From the NCBI GenBank assembly GCA_964480775.1, contig CAYZRF010000013.1, forward strand, positions 1 to 32,000: DNA of 32,000 nucleotides, written 5' to 3'. Under the pieces are notes generated by a model that was given only the letters and a program-made list of their open reading frames with translations, did no database searches and was not told where the DNA came from. Every line of letters begins with the position of its first letter. The first letter of the stretch is position 1. The translations under genes were made by a program, and so were the position numbers. Of the stretch, positions 8,601 through 14,756 are shown in pieces. Origin of the DNA: an uncultured Nitrososphaerota archaeon. Lineage in GTDB: Archaea; Korarchaeota; Korarchaeia; Korarchaeales; Korarchaeaceae.

Positions 8601-8899
8601 AGAGCCTTTCCTATCCCTCTTCTTCTGTGCTTGGGGTGCACGTTAAGGAACTCTACATAGGCTGCATCCTTCTCCTCAAAATGTTCTGTTACAGTACAAA
8701 CCCCTACGATCTCACCATCAAGTTCAGCCACAAGTGGAGCAAAGCAAGAGCTCCTTTCAATCCACTCCTTAGCCCTTTCAGCTGTATAAGGTATGCCTCC
8801 AGTCAATCCACCTGGCCAACCCTCTTCACTCTCATTCATGAGCTTGGCCAAGCCCTTAGCATCCTCTTCTACAAAACGCCTGATGGTGAGATGGGTCAT
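5690..8899 (-). CDS. Large cytoplasmic fusion protein: an N-terminal GNAT N-acetyltransferase domain followed by about 900 aa of uncharacterised beta-rich domains arranged as a duplicated two-domain module
   Basis: The ORF is 1069 aa. Residues about 1-160 show GNAT hallmarks (EIVGVCTV..., VHPKHRRRGIGKALLLASIE, LHTWGGNLLAVPLYKKTGF). No signal peptide or TM helix is visible. The rest has no motif I can name with certainty (see findings). Confidence 0.8.
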   Translation of the reverse strand: MTHLTIRRFVEEDAKGLAKLMNESEEGWPGGLTGGIPYTAERAKEWIERSSCFAPLVAELDGEIVGVCTVTEHFEEKDAAYVEFLNVHPKHRRRGIGKALLLASIEETMKIGRKRLDLHTWGGNLLAVPLYKKTGFFWVPKTNVYMQNYIPAILTHPFASQFFDEHNILHPKWYNCFIRELTQKEDDFKERGMKVFPYLFEVEGKRLRVLIDREAREIMGIETPELAVECWVEEQEAPAGFPQRIRWRVENRGDEEIRCALFILPDPEIKIVKPPTSSFRVSPHEEAVIEALFEPDVMAEERPEDERSRKISSNLVIGDLLIPLTAGVRIKQPIEVTIDPLPFSCCPGTEAEITINLRSFLKEKAKISLLLSHSEDVEVEAEKSCELDPKGFSGLNARIKVPRGTRTGAYLLILRALVRKGKKEVLTKPKEFHVRVIEPSGIVVATEGVKHRLIAENMIARVEFNLRKGGTMSVFDRLSGRLMIYALRVGIGPPFWPSEFDIKSFDYKVEEVPSGYKITLNADSDRYKGLKLIKEVTFFGGSPLIRIRYGFVNNSDATREFKLQSRNWANFWGSVYNIPIRGKLIRSPAIEGDFPYWERDLPKNPEDFEERWVCFELPQEGVSLGVLWDKVEENEFGAGKANFVFDVKLNPFSIKWLDPFYLYVGPGDWKAVRELWRIIYMSRVEPESYKKITEEFFVNVSTHPIAFEGESPLEIRITSSRMRKYRGKLAINLPAGWNVEKNEFEFVDFSMDKEKVFTTKIIPKCPPGAYKGDMILNLPETELKFELPLILVGAGGRVKVKEIEDRGKRSFLIDNGSLRFRVSPEYGGVLYSLTDAQGVEHLLSPYPEISTFSWIGEWLGGIGLNGWIEKDEWRWTFHREEWYAQKTEVAGWVGLKAWFEPKREEHRNLKGLRFSISYLTKPMSKVLLVVPEFKNETKASRKLIILLDFFLKLGGERKGYRFLVPTEVLDYLRKENPYYAWLLSSRGYVIAGNPSKKSYATVITPVRKGVEVSMADESSEFGGHVVATIDLRLKPKEKRVFPLFFCLSSSLEEAKNYSLLRRFKLDAFN

Positions 8900-9005
8900 C
8901 GCTAGCTACGAAATTACTTGTCATGAAAAATAAGCATGACGAATTCCCAAACCTTAAGAGAAGGTATACATTCCATTCCTAGTAACAGTAAGGAGAGATC
9001 TGAGA

Positions 9006-9422
9006 ATGGTCTTAAGCATCGTTATCTCGAAAGAACACATGAGTCTTTTGATAGAGGAAAGTAAAAGATCTGAAGAAGAGTTTGGAGCCCTCTTATTTGG
9101 AAAAATTGATGAAAATAAAGCCGTAGTTCACTCAATTAAGCTACTTCAGTACTCTGAAAGATCACCTACTCACTTTAGAGCAGACCCAATCTTCTTATTG
9201 AATTCATTTTCCGAGGCAGAGAAAAAATGTCTAGAACTCGTGGGTATATTTCACTCTCATCCAGCACCACCTAAACCATCTGTATCTGATCTGAGATTTA
9301 TGAGGCTAAACCGAGTTGTCTGGATGATAGTTGATAAGAGGGACTTCAAACTTGGAGCATATGTTCTAAAAGACGATGGGTTAAAAGCGGTTAGAATCAA
9401 AGTAGTTGGTAACTTTTCTTAA
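9006..9422 (+). CDS. Small stand-alone JAB/MPN (JAMM-type) metalloprotease domain protein
   Basis: The 138-aa ORF has an upstream Glu (SEEEFGALLFG) and HSHPAPPKPSVSDL (HxH...S..D), which matches the JAMM zinc site. The H-to-S spacing is one residue shorter than the eukaryotic Rpn11 pattern. Confidence 0.75.
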   Translation: MVLSIVISKEHMSLLIEESKRSEEEFGALLFGKIDENKAVVHSIKLLQYSERSPTHFRADPIFLLNSFSEAEKKCLELVGIFHSHPAPPKPSVSDLRFMRLNRVVWMIVDKRDFKLGAYVLKDDGLKAVRIKVVGNFS

Positions 9423-9448
9423 TCTTTTTTAGAAAAAGCCCCTATTTA

Positions 9449-10042
9449 GTGATTGGCTTGTATTTCAATGACTTAATATATATAATAACTGATCCAGAGG
9501 GCTTCTTTAGAAAAGTTAGGCTTCACAGTTGGAAGAAGCCATTCTATTTCTTCCTTCAGACAACAATTTTCCTCTCAATAGGTACGGTGGCCCTAAATTT
9601 ATATGGATATGGAAGCACAGACCTTTCTTCAGCCTACCAATCTCAAATAATAGCTTATCGCGTTACTACCCAGTATATCTTCCCTAGATTTGGCAGTTTT
9701 GCGTTCATAATAGAGTTTTTCCTCATAATCCTATTTTCTATTGCTCTTTTAGTTGTTTTGACGATTATCTTTCACATCATCTTTCTGTTATTGGGAGGCA
9801 AGGGAACCATAATAGATGCTTGGAAAGCGATGTGTTACGGCGCAGGTCCATGTGCCTTGGGAGGTTTTATACCCTATTTGTCCCTGATCGTGGGGTTCTA
9901 TTCATTTTTCTTGCAGTTTTTCATAGCTCCAAGATCTCTTTATCGACTAAAGGAATCTAAACTACTTTTATTGCTTTCTTTAATGTTTGCAGGTCTTTTC
10001 ATAGAAATATACATATATGGGACGACGGTAGGATATCCCTAG
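9449..10042 (+). CDS. Polytopic membrane protein, Yip1-domain-like
   Basis: The 197-aa ORF has a GTG start and an N-terminal ITDPEGFFRKV segment, followed by about 5 hydrophobic helices. The family assignment comes from overall pattern only. Confidence 0.5.
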   Translation: MIGLYFNDLIYIITDPEGFFRKVRLHSWKKPFYFFLQTTIFLSIGTVALNLYGYGSTDLSSAYQSQIIAYRVTTQYIFPRFGSFAFIIEFFLIILFSIALLVVLTIIFHIIFLLLGGKGTIIDAWKAMCYGAGPCALGGFIPYLSLIVGFYSFFLQFFIAPRSLYRLKESKLLLLLSLMFAGLFIEIYIYGTTVGYP

Positions 10043-10069
10043 GTCGAACGAATGGTAACGGGAATAAGG

Positions 10070-11308
10070 CTATTCTTCTCTTATTTGGGGTTCTTTGACA
10101 AATAGCATCACCGGAATGAAGAGCAAATCAACTAACACAACAAAAAGGAAGGGATAAGCTGGGTCTCTAGCATAGAGAAATCCTCCCGCTGCTGAAGCTA
10201 TGCTTGAGGAGATTCCCGACACAATACTTCTTACCGAAGAGATTCTTGCTCTTCTACTTCTAGGCACCACATCTATCCAAAGAGCGCTGAGTGCAGGCCA
10301 CCAGAAAGCCTGCCCCAAAAGAGAAAGGATGTATGAGAGCAACACCATTGAAAATCCAGTTGCTCTTACGAAAATAAGGTTAGATACGGCCCACGCCAAA
10401 GGTATGTATCTCATCTGCCTGATTCTTCCCTTTTTATCGGAAAGTTTACCTCCATATAGACTCAAGGGGAAGTATAACATGTTGTAAATAGCATGGAGAG
10501 CTCCCCATTCAATTTTCTTGATTCCAATAACCCTTAAGGCGTATAAAACCCAGAAACTTCCTGCCAAGCCATTTATGAATCCGAAAAGGGCTTGGATTAT
10601 CAGTAAGTACCAGATCGATCTATATGCCCAACTGAAAACTCGTTTTAGGCTCAAGAGGAACTCCTTAAGGGAGTAGGTAATAGGTTTCTCGATCTCGCTT
10701 TTTATCAAGGTTTCAGTGAGTGCAAACCTCAACGCACCTGATACAAGATAGGAAGTTGAAATTATCAACAGCGACATTCTAAGCCCAAATAGACCGTATC
10801 TCTCGTATAGATACCCTCCAAAAAACAAACTAAAGATGCTTGGAATAACCCACGAGATCCCGTCAACAAGAGACGAGGAAAAACCCCTAGAGTCCTTTGG
10901 GAGAGAATCTTGAAATAGGGCGTGAAGCGCGGGAGAATATAAGCTGTTTATTAATGTAGATAGGATTGATGCCAGAAAGTAAATCCTCCAACTTCCAGTT
11001 AGTGCCTTAACAAGGTTGGGAACTGCTAGCAAGAAAGTTCCCCAAACAATTAGACTCTTCCTACCCCTTTTATCAGCTAAATAACCCCCTGGAATTTGAG
11101 ATATCATGCTAACTAGCATAACGACCGAACTCATCAACCCTATTACTTCAGGAGAGGCTCCGATTCTGTTGACATAGTCAGACTCGAACTGATAGAAGAG
11201 AGGTCGGGTTAACGAGAAAAGAAACCATGTAATCAAAAGTATTGAGAGATTCCTGTTTTTCAGCGCCCGTATGAAAGGAGATAGTTTTGATCTTAAGCCC
11301 TTCATCAA
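10070..11308 (-). CDS. MFS transporter
   Basis: The 412-aa ORF has about 12 hydrophobic segments. The MFS signature loop GGYLADKRGRKSL lies between TM2 and TM3, and a second-half repeat carries GGKLSDKKGR. Confidence 0.8.
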   Translation of the reverse strand: MMKGLRSKLSPFIRALKNRNLSILLITWFLFSLTRPLFYQFESDYVNRIGASPEVIGLMSSVVMLVSMISQIPGGYLADKRGRKSLIVWGTFLLAVPNLVKALTGSWRIYFLASILSTLINSLYSPALHALFQDSLPKDSRGFSSSLVDGISWVIPSIFSLFFGGYLYERYGLFGLRMSLLIISTSYLVSGALRFALTETLIKSEIEKPITYSLKEFLLSLKRVFSWAYRSIWYLLIIQALFGFINGLAGSFWVLYALRVIGIKKIEWGALHAIYNMLYFPLSLYGGKLSDKKGRIRQMRYIPLAWAVSNLIFVRATGFSMVLLSYILSLLGQAFWWPALSALWIDVVPRSRRARISSVRSIVSGISSSIASAAGGFLYARDPAYPFLFVVLVDLLFIPVMLFVKEPQIREE

Positions 11309-11378
11309 TCCCTGAGATTATCACTAATTTTAACTAAAATAGTTGCGGCGAGCTATGGTAGAAATTGGATTATCTAAC

Positions 11379-12290
11379 TCAGGTGGCGCTTTCGAGCATT
11401 GCAACCTTTAGTATTGCCATTGCAACAGGTACATATAGAGAAGCTTGTTCAAAATACTTGGCGTGTGGGGTTTCATCTACATCAGGACTAAGTTCCTCCA
11501 TTCTTGGAAGAGGATGCAGTATTATCATCCTTTCCTTGGCTTCTCTTAGCAGAGATTTCTCTATTCTATATGTACCTTTGAGCTTCTCATACTCCGAAAT
11601 ATCTGGAAATCGCTCTCTCTGTAGCCTAGTTACGTATAAAACATCGAGTTCCGATATTACTTCTTCTAACCATGATATCTCTTCAAAATCTATTCTTGAT
11701 GTATTTAGAGCCTCTCTGATGTCCTCCTTTAACTTCAAACTCTCTGGTGACATCAAGTAAAGTTTTGCAGGAAGAAACCTAGTTAATCCCAAAATGAAAG
11801 ATCTTACAGCCCTTCCGTACCTTAAGTCTCCTATTATACCTATGTGAAGCCCGTCGATACTACCAAGAAAGCGTTTAATGGCATAGAGGTCCAAAATACC
11901 TTGAACAGGGTATTCTTTGCTACCATCTCCAGCGTTTATAATAGGAGACTTGGCTATCTGGGATGCAAGCTTGGATGCCCCCTCTAAGCTATGTCTTATA
12001 ACGATAACATCGGCTAAACCATCAATCACCTTTATTGTATCAGTAAAATTCTCTCCTCTTGATATTGAAGATCTATCTGAGCCACCAAGATCTACGACGC
12101 TTCCCCCGAGTTTAAACATAGCTGCTGAAAAACCCAATCTTGCTCTTGTACTGGGCTCAAAAAAGGCAAGGGCCATAACTTTTCCTTTAAGAATATCGGA
12201 ATAATCTATTTCACTCATTTTGTCTGCTTCATTGAAAATGGACTCTAGCTCGCTTCTTGAGAAATCAAGAATTGAAATGAAATCTCTCAT
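11379..12290 (-). CDS. pyrB: Aspartate carbamoyltransferase catalytic-chain homolog (PyrB-like) with substitutions in canonical active-site motifs. No pyrI is adjacent.
   Basis: The 303-aa ORF is collinear with PyrB: FFEPSTRARLGF (canonical STRTR), VIRHS, GDGSKEYPVQGILD (canonical HPTQ), GDLRYGRAVRS (canonical GDLKYGRTVHS), LYVTRLQRERF, ILHPLPR and TPHAKYFEQA. Confidence 0.8.
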   Translation of the reverse strand: MRDFISILDFSRSELESIFNEADKMSEIDYSDILKGKVMALAFFEPSTRARLGFSAAMFKLGGSVVDLGGSDRSSISRGENFTDTIKVIDGLADVIVIRHSLEGASKLASQIAKSPIINAGDGSKEYPVQGILDLYAIKRFLGSIDGLHIGIIGDLRYGRAVRSFILGLTRFLPAKLYLMSPESLKLKEDIREALNTSRIDFEEISWLEEVISELDVLYVTRLQRERFPDISEYEKLKGTYRIEKSLLREAKERMIILHPLPRMEELSPDVDETPHAKYFEQASLYVPVAMAILKVAMLESAT

Positions 12291-12467
12291 CTCAAACTGT
12301 TACTTCCTATGACTTCCTAAAAATGCTTTTGAGGAAATAGATCCAAGCATCGAATGAAAATAGAGTTTAACTCCGTCAATAGATCCCATAATATGTGCTC
12401 AGGTTTCAAGTCTCTGCCGAAGTATTCGGTTCTATGTTAATAGGAGATAGATTTCATTAGAGAGTAG

Positions 12468-12812
12468 ATGATCATGAAAATTGTGAACTTCTTGATTGTC
12501 GTTAATCGCTATCTCTCTTGGTTCATGCTTGTGCTGTTTATCGTCACACTGATTAGTGGATATTCGATGACAGCCAAAGGAAGCTTGGTGACAAGACTAA
12601 CCTTCGGCCTAATAAATACAAGAAATGGATACTACATCCACAGAAAGACTACTTACTTTCTTTCTATTCTCATTTCTTTGCACACTTCAGTTAATTTGCG
12701 GTTTAACCTTTATAAGATGGGAGTTAAAGACCCCAGAGTTCTTGGTATGATTTCGCTTTTTCTGTTAATTGTAATGGTTACGCTCTTTACGATAATTGAG
12801 TTTTTGTACTAA
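12468..12812 (+). CDS. Small hypothetical membrane protein (about 3 TM helices)
   Basis: The 114-aa ORF has three long hydrophobic stretches and no recognisable motif. It is called on ORF length and its position in an otherwise empty gap. Confidence 0.45.
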   Translation: MIMKIVNFLIVVNRYLSWFMLVLFIVTLISGYSMTAKGSLVTRLTFGLINTRNGYYIHRKTTYFLSILISLHTSVNLRFNLYKMGVKDPRVLGMISLFLLIVMVTLFTIIEFLY

Positions 12813-12813
12813 A

Positions 12814-12850
12814 CTCTTTGAAAGAGATGCATTTCGAATAAAAAGCATCT
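12814..12850. terminator. Two adjacent short inverted repeats between convergent genes
   Basis: CTCTT-TGA-AAGAG spans 12814-12826 and AGATGC-(14 nt)-GCATCT spans 12825-12850. Both lie in the 44-nt gap between the convergent 12468..12812 (+) and 12857..13153 (-) genes. Confidence 0.25.
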
Positions 12851-12856
12851 AAGTGT

Positions 12857-13153
12857 CTAACGCTGTTTCCCTTTCAACTTTTTAATTGCTTCAACAAAGC
12901 CAGAGAGTTTTGGTTCTGATAAACCAAGCTTCCTGTGGAGATCATCAACGATTGCTTTTTCTAATGCCTCTGCACCTTCCCCGAAGAGTGAAACTAGGGC
13001 TTCATGAAACTTTTCAATATCAAGGCAAGGATCATCTAAGTCTAAACCTCTCTCTGCCAAATAGTCTCGAACTGCTGTCATGAAGACATTTCCAAAAACT
13101 TCTTCAAATACTTCATTGATCGATTTGATTATTGTTTCATCCAATTTCTTCAT
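12857..13153 (-). CDS. Small acidic hypothetical protein, co-transcribed with the KaiC-like ATPase
   Basis: The ORF is 98 aa from the ATG at 13153 (MKKLDETIIKSINEVFEEVF...). A GAGGG lies 6-10 nt upstream, and the start is 17 nt after the ATPase stop. The track's longer version begins at a TTG at 13174. No known motif was found. Confidence 0.55.
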   Translation of the reverse strand: MKKLDETIIKSINEVFEEVFGNVFMTAVRDYLAERGLDLDDPCLDIEKFHEALVSLFGEGAEALEKAIVDDLHRKLGLSEPKLSGFVEAIKKLKGKQR

Positions 13154-13170
13154 CAAAATCCCTCTAGAGA

Positions 13171-14511
13171 TCAAAGTATTGGCACCAGTCTCATTCTTTT
13201 TTGTTCCGATATCAAACTGTATAATCCTGTCCTTGGAGAAACCCCGTAGAGAAGCAGTGATCCATCCATTTCTTTCAGAACTATGTGCTGCGATGCTAGC
13301 CTAGGAGCTATGTTGACGCTCGCCATCCCTCCTTTGACAAGAACTATAACTGGCATCTTATTCGAAAAAGCTCTAGATATAGCATCAATTAGGAAATCTA
13401 TGGCTTTCCTAGAACCGAATCTTGACTCTATTGCATCAAGGTCTATCATTTCTAGCACCTCGTTGAATTGGTGCTTCAAACGCTCATATTCTCTAACATA
13501 AGCCACAGCAGTGTCGTCGTATGTTTCCTCTGGGTATACCACCGATAGCGGCAATTCTTTTCTCTTCTTGAACTCTCCTGTCTGAGATCCAAAGCCTGGT
13601 AGAGGAATGAAGTTCAACAAAGCCAAGACGCTCCTTCCTAATGAGACAGCATGACGTCCTATCACATGTAAAAGTGGCAAGTACCTTAGCCCTACCCCGT
13701 GCTCTATTTCTATCAAAAAGACGCCTGCTCTCATAAGACCTCCCGTTATCTCGTCTAGTTCTTTTATTCCTGTTGAGATTCGGTTTTCATCTAATTTTGG
13801 TGTTTGCACGCACGGTTCAGGAGGAGGTCCTGTCTCATATGGAAGTATGTAGGTGAATCTACTACCAGCAAGTGTGAAGACATAGGTTCTATTCTTTATA
13901 GCAATTCCTCTAAGCTTTTCTAATTCTATTTCTCTAACGCTTCTTCTTTCGACGTACTCCTCTCTTTCAAATCTTTTAGCTCTTTCACCGAATACCCACG
14001 TCTGCCTTAGTGTTACAAGACCATCTACAACATATTCAAGGCTTGAGTGATCGAATTGTTCGCTTATGAAAATCAAACGGGATTTGGCGGCATCAACCAT
14101 GCTGATCAAAGCCTTTTCCGTCTTTAACCTCTGCAGACTATCCAGTTCGTTTGCAAATGCGTCCCAAGAGTCAAGAACAATGAACCCTTCCTTGATCTCT
14201 TTAAGGGCCTTGCTTACCTGACCTATCAAGTACTGGACTGAAGACAACCTTACATCCTCTATTTTAGGCGGAGAAATCTGAACTACCTGTTCAGGCTTGA
14301 CTTTCTCCTTTATCCATGGAAATTGCGAGAATAACTTCTGTTTAGACACTCTACTTGAAAAATAAGCACTATTTTGTGAATCTGATAGCTGATTAATTAT
14401 TTCTAAAGCTAAGGTGGTCTTCCCAGTGCCAGGAAGACCCTTTATCAGGAGAGTATTACCCCTTGAAAGTAGAAACTCTTCAAGTTCTGGGGGTAATTTG
14501 CCTAGACCCAT
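13171..14511 (-). CDS. KaiC/RecA-superfamily ATPase (COG0467-like) with two domains. The N-domain has an intact P-loop and the C-domain has a degenerate P-loop.
   Basis: The ORF is 446 aa. Walker A is GLPGTGKTT (nt about 14413-14440) and Walker-B-like is GFIVLDSWDAF. The second half begins ISTGIKELDEITGGLMRAGVFLIEIEHGVGLRY: it keeps the KaiC-type TGIxxLD..GG lead-in, but GxxGxGKT is replaced by EHGVGLRY (nt about 13681-13720). Confidence 0.8.
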   Translation of the reverse strand: MGLGKLPPELEEFLLSRGNTLLIKGLPGTGKTTLALEIINQLSDSQNSAYFSSRVSKQKLFSQFPWIKEKVKPEQVVQISPPKIEDVRLSSVQYLIGQVSKALKEIKEGFIVLDSWDAFANELDSLQRLKTEKALISMVDAAKSRLIFISEQFDHSSLEYVVDGLVTLRQTWVFGERAKRFEREEYVERRSVREIELEKLRGIAIKNRTYVFTLAGSRFTYILPYETGPPPEPCVQTPKLDENRISTGIKELDEITGGLMRAGVFLIEIEHGVGLRYLPLLHVIGRHAVSLGRSVLALLNFIPLPGFGSQTGEFKKRKELPLSVVYPEETYDDTAVAYVREYERLKHQFNEVLEMIDLDAIESRFGSRKAIDFLIDAISRAFSNKMPVIVLVKGGMASVNIAPRLASQHIVLKEMDGSLLLYGVSPRTGLYSLISEQKRMRLVPIL

Positions 14512-14600
14512 GGCTTAACCGAGTTTCATTATTTAACTCGATATTTCTAATAAAATATTATGATAAAACCCGGCAAATATTGGCTTGCAGAAAAGCCTGA

Positions 14601-14688
14601 AAGGGGGCGAACATCCCTCACACAATTCAGACTTGCGCCAAGATTGCTAGAGGGATGTTTTCGCCTTTCGGCGAAGTTACCCGCCCTT
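14601..14688. ncRNA. GC-rich structured element (candidate small RNA or cis-regulatory RNA). Strand undetermined.
   Basis: An extended irregular hairpin spans 14606-14665, with stems 14606-11/14660-65, 14612-19/14650-57, 14623-26/14643-46 and 14632-35/14639-42. A second hairpin, TTCGCC-TTTC-GGCGAA (14660-14675), reuses the same TTCGCC arm. A possible closing helix is AAGGG (14601-05) with CCCTT (14684-88). The element sits in a 220-245 nt AT-rich divergent intergenic region. Confidence 0.35.
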
Positions 14689-14756
14689 AAAAATCGATCC
14701 CAAGAGATATAAAAACGTGTGCTATGGTTTAATTGTCCATAAGACCACTTTTCTCA

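Noticed and set aside
14560-14599. A possible C/D box sRNA, with ATGATAA as a near-C box at 14560-14566 and CTGA as a D box at 14596-14599.
   Set aside because: The C box deviates from RUGAUGA. There is no C'/D' pair and no terminal complementary ends, and the spacing of about 30 nt is too short for a two-guide archaeal C/D RNA.
14601-14688. I tested whether the structured element is a long-variable-arm tRNA, since AAGGGGGCG pairs imperfectly with CCCGCCCTT over a total of 88 nt.
   Set aside because: The internal helices do not fit a cloverleaf: a 6-bp stem with a 4-nt loop sits where the T-arm should be, and there is no D-arm or GTTC motif. There are also two mismatches in the would-be acceptor stem.
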